This document shows, in pieces, positions 33,601 through 42,190 of a DNA stretch of 64,000 nucleotides. The stretch spans positions 3,008,001 to 3,072,000 of the forward strand of contig OY762428.1 of assembly GCA_963665665.1 (NCBI GenBank), in the 5' to 3' direction. How positions within the stretch are numbered: position 1 is the first letter of the stretch; each line of letters opens with the position of its first letter. A program made the position numbers and the translations under genes. The DNA comes from Candidatus Kapaibacterium sp. Its GTDB lineage: Bacteria > Bacteroidota > Ignavibacteria > Kapaibacteriales > UBA2268. The notes beneath the pieces are model-generated. The model did not search any database and was not told the origin of the DNA. It saw nothing but the letters and a program-made list of their open reading frames with translations.

Positions 33601-33793
33601 TGTCAAAATTATTTTTGCCGATTAATTCACTGAGATAATTACTATCTTTTTTGCTTTCAGGCAGAAGAGACCTGAGTATTTCATTGAAATATTGAATCTT
33701 ATAGTCCATATCAACAATCAAAGCCGGAAAAGGATAATAATCCAGCATTTCTCTTAGAAATCTCATTTCAAATATCGGTATCTTGTTTGTCAT
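27653..33793 (-). CDS. Hybrid sensor histidine kinase: about 12 PAS, GAF, HisKA, HATPase, REC
   Basis: Repeated ...DITE/DISE + SE(E)KFR linkers; GAF (GVWVDC...HND...GMPEGH); LAGGIAHNFKN; N-box NADQA; G boxes DEGMGI, PFFTTK, GHGLGL; REC LLDDD...DMTL..SG..KPF. Confidence 0.93.
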   Translation of the reverse strand: MTNKIPIFEMRFLREMLDYYPFPALIVDMDYKIQYFNEILRSLLPESKKDSNYLSELIGKNNFDNIFLPATEQNSTERENKILAPFLKNKDIYYRLNVLPNFDGNNAIKYYVLIFESLTTIKSPDTGHDSSEFYFNLLDQIEDRITATDLNGNVIYVNKSVEKTMGKKRADLIGKNVQTFGENPEKGATQKEIVDSTMKNGEWAGEVVNLMPDGSESILYARTKLVKSPDETPSLLVGISTDITKQKEYEHSLKESEKKFRSLFENINVGVALHKIILDDKGKVVDFVWLDANTAYEKFTLLRKEDILGKRGLDIIPNLEDYWLNIYGKVALTGESVSVVNHSEYLDKWWEVKAYCPKKGQFAVALTDITESKKAEFELRKSEEKYRSIIETSSDGFIIISNDMKIQEANKSCESLYGYSVKEMTGLNLSEIEAKENPEETKKHIEELKNSGITKFETLHRRKDGKTINIYVSTQYHDINGGFFSSFLRDITKEKLAQNAILEERDRAQNYLDIAGVIILTLNTSGTVTMINKKGCEVLGYEKIEIIGKNWFDNFIPSDIKPIRKSLYSDILTGKEKNIEYGENEILDKNGEIKLIAWHNTIIKDRNGTIIGTLSSGEDITKQKQTERDLKINKNAIASSNNAIAFGDLNANLVYVNEAFLKMWGYSESEEVIGKPSVSFWEQQEKAEEIVRELFRGGSWAGEMVAKHQNGSTFDIQLSTNMIYDEDGKPVSIMASFVDISEQKHDRRIRLAQLNLIEYATGHSTKELLQKFLEESEKLTGSSIGFYHFLEDDQETLSIQAWSGNTLQYHCKISDYKVHYPISEAGVWVDCIKVKKPVVHNDYQSLKYKKGMPEGHVDIIRELLVPVIRKNKVKAILGVGNKISDYTNRDVNTIQKLADFAWEIIERRRTEDALIESEKKFRSITEQSSDLISLTNNQGIITYASPSSIKLFQCPPNEMIGRHFTEFLEESSVQYAVSAFRKSLESGNNTGNIELNMKRKNGEIFAGELNGSLFESADSKGTMVVIRDISQRKKAEKALQESERKWRNILMDTPQIGIALSSQAKITFANRHFLKLTGWEEKDVIGSDWFDMFIPEEISQKVKDVFLTVIKQKDTTALSTFENEIVTRSGELRMISWANVLTKDNKGEIVDVTCLGIDLTERKKAEELLKQSEMRFRNLLQDVHHVSVQGYLIDGTTMYWNKASEILYGYTPEEAIGKNLLDLIIPEEMQEEVIAAIKGMNETGKPIPSSEMTLKRKDGSYVDVYSSHAIVEIPGKGKELFCIDVDMSERKQFEEALIQSEEKHRFLFENMTQGVVYHDISGKIIYANNSASKILGLTKDQLFGKTSMDPRWRSIHEDGSPYPGETHPAMITLKTIEAVRDSKMGIHLPEQDAIRWININSMPKFSSDGKTLDEVVVTFEDITEIVNAREKAEESETRFKALHNASFGGIAIHDKGVILDCNMGMSEMSGFSVDELTGMDGLLLIAPDWRDHVMEKILSGYEKPYEVEGIRKDGEIYPLRLEARNIPYKGIKARAVEFRDITDQKNAAEALRESEQKLKNIINNTPMGIFLYELKQDDSLNFIDYNPTANKILGVDCKQFIGKTIGEAFPPLAETDMPDHYKNVARTGEPWYYEDVKYDDKIIKGFYEVYAFQTAQNYVAVMFVDVTDRKKSEAELQKISRLESLGILAGGIAHNFKNMLTAMSMSVELAKMKPERVIKHLDKIAKSIEQATALATKFQTFSKSDEPILSTTNINLTIKDSAEMALSGSRSDIQYDLDISIPPVLADEKQLNEVFTNLLINADQAMPRGGKVSVRTSMIQLGKSEIPKLKEGKYIRIEISDEGMGIPKSHLKEIFTPFFTTKEKGHGLGLASVFYIISKHRGRISVESKIDEGTKFTILLPMVVSGESDTKKAAEFESFDRPVKILLLDDDESIIENMKEIAEDLELNMTCLSNPDKVMFNYINALNSESYELVILDMTLKGYDKDGLDVLNELRSYDPDVKALVFSGHSTKPVVANYKKFGFKGRLEKPFNMKQFIKEIKRVLDL

Positions 33794-34162
33794 AACGGCA
33801 TCCTGTGATGGAAATACTTCTGACTAATGCAATCAAATTAATTGCTCTTTTATTCTCAGCAGGGTATATCAATAGCATTTAATGCTAAAATTTTATAACC
33901 TTTTTTGATGTAATACTCCGAGACTTGCAGCGGAGTAGTTTGTCTCCGAAAGAAGTTAATAAAATAACGGATATATTGCAAGTAATAATAATACTTAGTC
34001 TGAAATACTTAACAATTTTTTTCATGTCAAATTGATTTTTCGATTATTTTTGATTTCAGAAAAATAATGGCTGCTTGAATTAATGCAAAGCCAATGCAGA
34101 ATATCAGGTTATATTAGGAATTATGCTCCGGTGATAATTTTGGGATTTTCCCGGCAGAAATT

Positions 34163-34188
34163 AAAAAGGCTTCCGTACTGGAAGCCTT
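34163..34188 (-). terminator. Terminator after tRNA-His
   Basis: aaaaaggcttcc...ggaagcctt. Confidence 0.75.
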
Positions 34189-34195
34189 AATGCTT

Positions 34196-34272
34196 TGGGG
34201 CGAGCGACGCGATTTGAACGCGCGACCACCAGAGCCACAATCTGGTGCTCTACCGACTGAGCTACGCCCGCC
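34196..34272 (-). tRNA. tRNA-His (GUG)
   Basis: Reverse complement GGCGGGCGTAGCTCAGTCGGTAGAGCACCAGATTGTGGCTCTGGTGGTCGCGCGTTCAAATCGCGTCGCTCGCCCCA: anticodon GTG, G-1:C73 pair, encoded CCA. Confidence 0.97.
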
Positions 34273-34344
34273 ATAATAGAGACTACAAAATTATGTAATG
34301 TTTTTATAATTTGCAAGAAATATTTTGCACAAAACCTATTGAAA

Positions 34345-35208
34345 TTATCCTAACTCAAAACTTGTTACGCCAAAAACCTCGTTTATTCGAATATCAGGCT
34401 CGAAATGTGAATACATACGTGCGGTGCCAAATACTTTCTTCATATTATATTTTTTGGCCAAAGATACAGCCTGGTGATTTTTATCAGGTACATCTAAGAA
34501 AACCGGAGTATTAGCAGCATGAGTACACAAAGCCCTGAAAATTGTTTCCGCAGTTGTAGCATCATTGGCAAATAATGGCCCTATCTTGTTGCCGATACCG
34601 CAAGTTCTTATTGCCCCGTATCCCATGATATATCCATTGTCGATCATAGCATAGCCTCTAAGGTTGGGCATATTCAACCATTCCTGCAGAAAAGTCTCCC
34701 TTCTTGTGGGAAAATGTAAGGTATCATATTCAAGTATTTTGTAAAAATCAACTCTTTTCAGGTTTGTCAGATTTTCATTAACCTCAAAAGCATCAGAATT
34801 TGGAGTAAACTCATATCTGAGATTACTGTAAGCATATTTAAAACCCAGACGGGCATAGTTATCCTGTCTGTCGAAAACGCCATCCAGTCCGGTGTTTATC
34901 CCTTCAAGATATTTTAATGAAGCCATAGATACCATAACGCCGGCAGCGCTGCCCCTGTAGTCAGGCCTGACGATCAGAAATCCTGTAAATCCAAATTCCT
35001 CGTTATATTTAATCGCAGAAATACAAGCAACAAGTATTTCGTCGTGTTCAACTGCAAAATAACCATCCGGATCTGTTATCCAGAAAGGAGCTTCGTCGAA
35101 AAGTCCGGGATTCCAGCCTTCTTTTGCTGCCCATTCAATTGCTTGTGGAAACTCATCCCTTCTCATTTTTCTTACTTTGAAACCGTGTGTATTATCAATT
35201 TCCGGCAT
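34345..35208 (-). CDS. GNAT family N-acetyltransferase (two-domain, YitH-like)
   Basis: WAAKEGWNPG, FLIVRPDYRG, Y.RLGF, KIGPLFA and TARMY motifs. Confidence 0.88.
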   Translation of the reverse strand: MPEIDNTHGFKVRKMRRDEFPQAIEWAAKEGWNPGLFDEAPFWITDPDGYFAVEHDEILVACISAIKYNEEFGFTGFLIVRPDYRGSAAGVMVSMASLKYLEGINTGLDGVFDRQDNYARLGFKYAYSNLRYEFTPNSDAFEVNENLTNLKRVDFYKILEYDTLHFPTRRETFLQEWLNMPNLRGYAMIDNGYIMGYGAIRTCGIGNKIGPLFANDATTAETIFRALCTHAANTPVFLDVPDKNHQAVSLAKKYNMKKVFGTARMYSHFEPDIRINEVFGVTSFELG

Positions 35209-35238
35209 AAAAACTCCAATAATTTGAATTCAGATATA

Positions 35239-35496
35239 TTAAGTTGCCCCGTTTCCTAAAGAACAAGGAGTGTTAACTGATACTCCTGCAGAACATGCGG
35301 CAATAGTTGTATATTTTGCGTTTCCGTCATTAAAGATTTGATCAACATTTGTAACTCAGGAACCGAAGTTGCAATAAGCAGATGCATTATTTCCACCTGC
35401 ACATTTGTTTCCGATTTATGCTGCTTCGGACCCATTAACACATAATTGCCCGGAATTTTCATTAAGTACTCTGATCATTAATTTTCTGTACTTCAT
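35239..35496 (-). pseudogene. Degraded CxxG-repeat RiPP precursor homologue (two in-frame stops)
   Basis: AAGGAG RBS, then ATG at 35496. Translates MKYRKLMIRVLNENSGQLCVNGSEAA*IGNKCAGGNNASAYCNFGS*VTNVDQIFNDGNAKYTTIAACSAGVSVNTPCSLGNGAT*, the same architecture as the peptides at 48038, 50027 and 54756. Confidence 0.8.
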
Positions 35497-35885
35497 ATCT
35501 ATCTCCTTTCCGAGTAATAATATAATGAAAATTATTTTAATTTAATATGATATAATTGCTCTTTCAAATAATATTTTTCTGAAAAAAATGAATAATATTT
35601 GGTAACATAATCATGTGTATTTTGTTAGCTTACTTGTAATTATTACAACTACACCCTGTGTATTGATTCCGTGATAATATTTTCATGCTTTGTACTATTT
35701 TCTTTATGAATTAAAATCCGTTTTTTTGCAATGTAGTTTGTAGGGATTTAATTGGAAATAAGATGATGGCTTTTGTCGGAAGTCAGGTTTAATTGTACAG
35801 TTTTTACAACTTTCCATCTAAGCCTGAAATACTCCGATTAAGTTAAAAGCGAACACCAGCCGGCAAAGGTCGTCTGAATATTTCG

Positions 35886-35921
35886 AAGCCCGAAAGATTG
35901 TAAAATTTTTTGGGCTTTTTT
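35886..35921 (+). terminator. Terminator-like hairpin about 240 bp upstream of the large T9SS gene
   Basis: aagcccgaaagatt-gtaa-aattttttgggctt followed by a T-run. Confidence 0.6.
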
Positions 35922-36162
35922 AATTTCTTTATTCGTATTGGATTATACCGATCCTTCCATTCTATTGTAAAAAAAATTTTCTGCTAATTGTAACATTTGC
36001 AAATTCCTGTTGTTATTATAGCAGTCGCTTGGACAAAAAGCGTCAATCCCTATCAAACTCAAGATTGACAATTTTGGCGTAAATAATTATTTATATTTAT
36101 GAACATTTATTAATGTTAATATTATATACATTATTTTTTTTTACTTTATTGGGGTAAAATTA

Positions 36163-39100
36163 ATGGTTTCTACAAAATTTCTCAGAAGTTTAATGGCGAT
36201 AGCAATTTTTGCAGTTATTGCCATTAGCGGCGCAAAAGCACAGCTTTTAACCGATTATACGGTTAGTGAGTATGACGGTGTTTACACACCGATTTCCGGT
36301 ATCGGTGCCGGAAATGGTGATGACCGTTCTTATCGTATTGATCTACCATTTATTTTTAATTTTGATGAACAGGAAATAACCTGGGTACAGGTTGGTACTA
36401 ACGGGTGGATGTCCCTGAACAAAAGTTACGGTACATGGTATCCTGCTTCCCCTACAACATCAACCAATACAATTGGTTTCTATTCAGCTGACCTTTACAC
36501 AGTTGGCATGATAGAATATGAGGTACAGGGCTCAGCTCCGAATCGCGTAATGGTTATCCAGTGGAGAAATCAAAACAACTACTCTCCAAGGGTTCATTTG
36601 TGTGATTGGCAGATAAAACTCTACGAAACAACAGGCAGATTTGATATTATTTGGGGTAGTCCTTCAGCTGCTATGGGCGACAGGACTGGTGGCTTCTTTG
36701 TTACCGGCGGTTCAACAACGCGCTATATTAACATTCAGCCGGGAAATCCTTCAACATTCTATTATAGTAATGTTAATCCTAATACCACACAATGGATGAG
36801 GAATCCTTACGCTGATAATATCCATGTAGGTAAGACATATTCATTTACAACATATCCTGCACTGATGGGTGCTTTTCCTGCACAGGATGCTATCCTTCGC
36901 AGGGGAACAATCGTAAATGATGAAAACAAACCCGGCGTTGTTATGGAAAACAACGAGATGGACGGGGTTTATATCAATTATTCAATTGAAGGCCCTTTGC
37001 CTGCAAGCAACCCGCAGTACAGAACAGTTTATACAGCAACAGTTGAAGGCGATGATACTGACTTTGACGTACCTGTTTATAATAATGGCAGAACTAATTT
37101 CACGCATGCCACAGGTTTTGTAGCAAGAACAACACCTGACAATAACGGTGATCTTGATCTTCTGACAAATGAACTGAATATTCCAGGTGGTACTTATAAA
37201 GTAAGAGCACAGATGAGCATTCCTGAAGTTGGCTTTACACAGGAACTTGCAGACCAGACATTTATTATTGCTCTTGAAAATGACCTTGCAATCAACAGGA
37301 TAATTTCTCCAAAACCTAAAGACGAAAAGAAATATCCACTTTCAACAGGACGCATCCGCGTGCAGTGCAGAGTTCAGAATTACGGTATCAATGATGTTAC
37401 TGCATTCGGCGCTGTAGCAAGAATTTATAAAGATGACGAACAGGTTTATGAACAGGAAGTAGAATGGACATCAACAGACCCTATGAGCACAGGTGAATAT
37501 GTTGATGTAAACTTTCCCGATTACCGTCCGTTCGAAACAGGCGATTTCGATATAGTTTTTGAAGTAACAATGGTAGGCGTATTAGACAGAGAGCTTTCTA
37601 ATAACCGCTGGCCTAAAACAGGCGACCATTACTGGTTCGAAGTTGCTCACGAAATAGAAGCAGAAGCATTGGATATTATTGAACCTGCTGGTGAAGTATT
37701 CGTTGGCCGACCGGTTAAACCTCTGGCAAAATTCCAGAACAACGGTGTATCTGATATTTCTGACATCGACGCTGAAATGGTTATTACTAATTCAGACGGC
37801 GATGTTGTTTACAGAAGCCCGATTATCATTCAGGATATCCCCCAGGGAAGGTCAAACAAAGTAATAGCTGACTTTGATGATTTCGTTCCCCCGGCAGCAG
37901 GCGAATATACAGCATGTATTACAATTACATCTGACGACGACCCTGTAACAGACAACAATTCGATATGCGAAGATTTCTCGGTTGTTGAAGCCCTCAGCGG
38001 AATTTATACAATTGGTACTCTCAATGAAGGTAATGTCAGGAACTTCCTTACATTTGAAAGAGCACTTGATCAGCTCTATCGTCGCGGTATGACTGGCCCT
38101 GTAACATTCGAGCTTACAGATGCCGTTTATAATATCGGTTCACTTGATTATACTAATCAGCCCGCAATCGACATGAGCTCTACAATTGTCGGCCTCAGTG
38201 AAGACCAGCCGATCATGTTTAAACCTTCAAGGCAGCGTGCCGTTTACCGTGCAGGTGTTAAAATCAACATGGTATCCGCAAACGGTATTGGTATTTACAT
38301 GGGACAGAACATGGAACCCAGTAATCCAAACGCACCTGTGCATATAGTTAGATCAAGTAATAAGAAAAACTATTCCAACTTCCCGGGATTTGTAACATTT
38401 GACGGCGGTGCTAACAAAGCATTCCAGTTCTCTATCGACAGTGATGAAGATTTCAGGACTGTATTCTACCTGGCACAGGGTGCTTCAAACGTTACTATCA
38501 AGAACTGTATCATCAGGGGTGATTATAACACTACACCTTCATTTAATGCAGACCTTCCGAAGATGGTATTCAACTCTGCACAGAGCCAGTTCCTTTATGA
38601 AGATGATATTCGCTCTGCCGAAACATACAGTGCAGGTATCCTGCTCAGGAGTACTCCTCCGACAACAAAAGAAACAGCCAACCTGAACGCACTTGATTCA
38701 CTGTTCAACCAGAACAACGTAATCGAGAACAACGAGATCACAGGCTTTGGTTATGGTATAGCATCAATGGGTATGGGCGTACTGTTCAAACAGGAAGCCA
38801 ACAACTTCGTAAAATACTACAACATGAATAACGAGTATAAAGACAATGTTATCCATAATGTAAGCCGCGCAGCTATTTTCCTTGGTTCCGAGCAGAACTC
38901 AACGATCAAAAACAACAGGATATATGAAATCAACGGCGTAAGCGGCATGGACGCAGCCGGCATTATCCTTGGCGGCGACGCAGAACGCGACTGGTTCGGT
39001 TACAACGTAATCGACATCACAGTTGACGGCAACGAAATAAGCGAAATCGACGGCGACTACGAGATCCGCGGAATCAAAGTATCCCAGGATCCTATCGTAA

Positions 39101-41700
39101 TGCAGGCACCGGGCGGCGGACTTTCCTTCTATCCTGACAGGGCAGAAACAGTTGTAATCAAGAACAACGTTATCCGCAACTTAAATCCTGAAAATGCAGA
39201 CGTGAAACGCTGCGGTATCCAGCTTTCAACACAGCGTGCAGGCATTGCAGACGAATACATGAATATACTTACACCTGCAAGGAAAGATTATCTTTCACGC
39301 AACGACATAATAGCAAACAATACTATCATCATCACAGATGACGCTGTTGACAACGTAGGCGCAACAGCAGGTATCATGCTTCAGCAGGTAGACGGCGCAG
39401 TTCTCAAGAACAATGCAATCGCCTTTGAAGACGAAGAATTTGCAGACAATGCATACACAACAACAGCAATCCTGCTCCAGAGCGAATGGCCTGAATGGGG
39501 TGCAGTAACATCCGACAGGAACGCCTTCGACATGGGCAATGCCAATGCAGACCTGATCCGCTTCATCCACATGGACGAAGACCAGAACGTAATAGAATAC
39601 GGCCAGACAGGTGAATTTGCAAACATAGCACAGTGGCAGGTATGGACAAAACAGGATGAGAACTCCGTAGTAGGCGAGTTCATAGGCGACCTTGACTATA
39701 CAGGCAACTATCCCTACCAGCTTCGCGTTGTATCGGATCCTTATCCTCTTGGATGTATCCTTAACAACCGCGGCGGCGAAGTAACAGAAGTAGAATATGA
39801 CATCGACGGCAACCTTCGCGGAGCAGCAGGCCAGCGTTACGACATCGGCGCCTTTGAATTCTCAGGCCGCATGTATGTAAGTGACGTTGAAATGCTTAAC
39901 GTACCGACACCGGGCGCATACAGGGCCGGCATGGGTACATTCAGCGATGCAGAATACATAATGACAGAAGCCCCGACAAACATCGTGGCAAGCCTGAGGA
40001 ATAACGGAACACTTCAGCAGTCAAACATCAATGTATATGCAAAGATCTATCGCGAACAGCCTGACGGATCATTCTCTGATACAGTAGAAATAGAAACAAC
40101 AGTAAAAACAAGCATTCCAACAACAGAATCAGTTAACGTTGACTTCCTTCTTGATGACCAGGACGGCGTAGACTTCTATCCTCAGTCATATTCAGAACTT
40201 GGCTTCTACAATGTACCTGATCATTTTGCAGGTATGGAATCCAATGTAACACCACGCTACAGGATAGTAATCTCTGTAGAATCAGACCAGTATAACTCTA
40301 ATAATGTTATCGACAAAGTTGTACGTTTCTATGTTAAACGTTCATCACTCGGCCTTCTGGCATCAGCCAGGGATATTGCCACAGAAATCTACTGGGGCGA
40401 ACCGACAACAGACGAGATAGCCGGTAAGCTGAACCTTGACAGCCTTCGTGAAGGCCTCCGCAAAGTCGGCTGGGTATCAGACCTTGGCGAAGGACAGTAT
40501 GATATAGACCTGTTCAACAGGCTCGGCTGGGAACCCAGGTCAGTAAACTACACAATGTACAAAACACTTCTCTGGTCAGACGGTGATGAAAACACAATGA
40601 GCAGATACGAGAAGATGGACATTGAAAGCTTCCTTGAAGGCGGCATGCAGAATGATAAGAAAAACCTTGTAATCGGTTCACAGGAACTTGTACGCCAGCT
40701 TGGAGGCAACGCATCCTCACTTGATTATGATCCTGACTTCCTTGATGAAGTATTCAGGGCCGAATACGTAACACCGGGCAACCCGATGGGCGCCGGCGTT
40801 AGCAACAGCGGCAATACTGCAATCGGTATCTCGGTAGGAACAAACCTTGAAAATGCTATCGTGGCTACAAGCTATGAATTTGCAGAAGATGAAGATCCTT
40901 ACTGCTCACTGATGAAAGTAACACAAAACGGTGAAGGCCTTGCAAGGCCGGCATATTACTATACAACACATACAGCCACACCTTCGGACAGCACACTCGG
41001 CGTGGCAGTAACATCCCTAAGCAAGAACATCGTGACACTTGGCGTTGACTGGCGTCACTGGGCAGACATGGAAGACGTTCTTCGCCAGGTACTTGACTTC
41101 CTGGATCAGAACGGCGGCTCGGTAGTACCGGTAGAACTTACAAGCTTCGATGCCATAGCAGCAGGCCAGAGGGTTGACCTAAGCTGGGAAACAGCAAGTG
41201 AATACAAATCCTCACACTTCGAGATAGAAAAAGCAGAAGTAAGCCAGGCAGGCATGGGTTCATTCATGCAGATCGGACGTATGAAAGCAGCCGGAACAAG
41301 CAGCTATGCCACACAGTACGGCCCTGTAGTTGACTATGATGTAAACTATGGCAATACTTACGCATACCGCCTGAAAATGGTTGACATTGACGGAAGCTAC
41401 GACTACAGCGATGAAGAAGTAGTAACAATCGGTGGAAATGAAATGATCTCTCTCGGCCAGGCATATCCGAACCCGAGTAAAGAATCAGCTAAGTTCGAAC
41501 TTACAACCGGCAACGATGTAAATGTAAGCATCGATCTTTATGACATGAGCGGCAAGCTTGTACGCAACGTACTCAGCGAAACAACAAGCGGCACAGTAAC
41601 AGTTGAAGTGGATACCCGCGACCTTACAAGCGGCAGCTACACACTTGTTCTTCGCAGCGGCTCAACAATCATCAACAGGACAGTACGCGTTGTTAAGTAA
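36163..41700 (+). CDS. Large T9SS-secreted surface protein (Ig/CARDB-like domains, parallel beta-helix repeats, type A CTD)
   Basis: Signal peptide ending AKA-Q; VQNYG/FQNNG Ig-like modules; I.NN.I beta-helix repeats; DIDGN.R...DIGAFEF; VPVELTSF...YRLKMVDIDGS..YS and YPNP...SGSY C-terminal motifs. Confidence 0.88.
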   Translation: MVSTKFLRSLMAIAIFAVIAISGAKAQLLTDYTVSEYDGVYTPISGIGAGNGDDRSYRIDLPFIFNFDEQEITWVQVGTNGWMSLNKSYGTWYPASPTTSTNTIGFYSADLYTVGMIEYEVQGSAPNRVMVIQWRNQNNYSPRVHLCDWQIKLYETTGRFDIIWGSPSAAMGDRTGGFFVTGGSTTRYINIQPGNPSTFYYSNVNPNTTQWMRNPYADNIHVGKTYSFTTYPALMGAFPAQDAILRRGTIVNDENKPGVVMENNEMDGVYINYSIEGPLPASNPQYRTVYTATVEGDDTDFDVPVYNNGRTNFTHATGFVARTTPDNNGDLDLLTNELNIPGGTYKVRAQMSIPEVGFTQELADQTFIIALENDLAINRIISPKPKDEKKYPLSTGRIRVQCRVQNYGINDVTAFGAVARIYKDDEQVYEQEVEWTSTDPMSTGEYVDVNFPDYRPFETGDFDIVFEVTMVGVLDRELSNNRWPKTGDHYWFEVAHEIEAEALDIIEPAGEVFVGRPVKPLAKFQNNGVSDISDIDAEMVITNSDGDVVYRSPIIIQDIPQGRSNKVIADFDDFVPPAAGEYTACITITSDDDPVTDNNSICEDFSVVEALSGIYTIGTLNEGNVRNFLTFERALDQLYRRGMTGPVTFELTDAVYNIGSLDYTNQPAIDMSSTIVGLSEDQPIMFKPSRQRAVYRAGVKINMVSANGIGIYMGQNMEPSNPNAPVHIVRSSNKKNYSNFPGFVTFDGGANKAFQFSIDSDEDFRTVFYLAQGASNVTIKNCIIRGDYNTTPSFNADLPKMVFNSAQSQFLYEDDIRSAETYSAGILLRSTPPTTKETANLNALDSLFNQNNVIENNEITGFGYGIASMGMGVLFKQEANNFVKYYNMNNEYKDNVIHNVSRAAIFLGSEQNSTIKNNRIYEINGVSGMDAAGIILGGDAERDWFGYNVIDITVDGNEISEIDGDYEIRGIKVSQDPIVMQAPGGGLSFYPDRAETVVIKNNVIRNLNPENADVKRCGIQLSTQRAGIADEYMNILTPARKDYLSRNDIIANNTIIITDDAVDNVGATAGIMLQQVDGAVLKNNAIAFEDEEFADNAYTTTAILLQSEWPEWGAVTSDRNAFDMGNANADLIRFIHMDEDQNVIEYGQTGEFANIAQWQVWTKQDENSVVGEFIGDLDYTGNYPYQLRVVSDPYPLGCILNNRGGEVTEVEYDIDGNLRGAAGQRYDIGAFEFSGRMYVSDVEMLNVPTPGAYRAGMGTFSDAEYIMTEAPTNIVASLRNNGTLQQSNINVYAKIYREQPDGSFSDTVEIETTVKTSIPTTESVNVDFLLDDQDGVDFYPQSYSELGFYNVPDHFAGMESNVTPRYRIVISVESDQYNSNNVIDKVVRFYVKRSSLGLLASARDIATEIYWGEPTTDEIAGKLNLDSLREGLRKVGWVSDLGEGQYDIDLFNRLGWEPRSVNYTMYKTLLWSDGDENTMSRYEKMDIESFLEGGMQNDKKNLVIGSQELVRQLGGNASSLDYDPDFLDEVFRAEYVTPGNPMGAGVSNSGNTAIGISVGTNLENAIVATSYEFAEDEDPYCSLMKVTQNGEGLARPAYYYTTHTATPSDSTLGVAVTSLSKNIVTLGVDWRHWADMEDVLRQVLDFLDQNGGSVVPVELTSFDAIAAGQRVDLSWETASEYKSSHFEIEKAEVSQAGMGSFMQIGRMKAAGTSSYATQYGPVVDYDVNYGNTYAYRLKMVDIDGSYDYSDEEVVTIGGNEMISLGQAYPNPSKESAKFELTTGNDVNVSIDLYDMSGKLVRNVLSETTSGTVTVEVDTRDLTSGSYTLVLRSGSTIINRTVRVVK

Positions 41701-41742
41701 TCAACCTTAACAGCTGAATATAATTCTTATAATTAAGAAAAG

Positions 41743-41771
41743 AACCCCGGGGCAAAGCCCCGGGGTTTTTT
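41743..41771 (+). terminator. Rho-independent terminator
   Basis: aaccccggggc-aaa-gccccggggtt followed by a T-run. Confidence 0.9.
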
Positions 41772-41921
41772 AATTTGAATAAGGATAAATATTTATGAAT
41801 ATGCATTCTGATCTGTACACATCAACTTATATTGTGCAATATGCTGTATTCATTATCATCTTTAATTTTTATTACTGTTCAGCAAATATAATATTATTCT
41901 GTTTTTTTATAAATAAGGTTT

Positions 41922-42107
41922 CTACTCAGGTTGGTAAAATATATTGCTGTTATTGAAGAAAAATACAGAGAAATGTCATTCTGACCGAGCTAGCGAGGGA
42001 AGAATCCATCTTTTTCTTAAAGAATTATTGAAGAATGGATTCTTCGCTGGCGCTCAGAATGACCGCTTTATACAATTTTTCCAGATTTTCAAAGTTCAGC
42101 TGAATAG
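41922..42107. mobile_element. MITE/REP-like dispersed element, copy 3
   Basis: Ends ctactcag...ctgaatag; internal gtcattctga..gagctagcgagggaagaatccat...atggattcttcgctggcgctcagaatgac. Confidence 0.72.
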
Positions 42108-42190
42108 TAACAAAAAAGAATATGATTGCTGTGAAAGACTTAACTGTCTCTGGCTGTAAAAATAATTATTTTTGCAGGAAGGCGAATTTT

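Noticed and set aside
34196-34272. tRNA-His as an integration site of a genomic island
   Set aside because: No integrase and no duplicated tRNA 3' end were seen in the window.
35256-35462. 68-aa ORF from the ORF track
   Set aside because: It is an alternative frame of the degraded CxxG precursor; the RBS at 35503-35508 serves the ATG at 35496.
35239-35496. Stop-codon recoding (selenocysteine or alternative code) making the fourth precursor intact
   Set aside because: One stop is TAA, neither stop falls at a Cys position of the CxxG repeat, and TAA/TGA end ordinary genes throughout the window.
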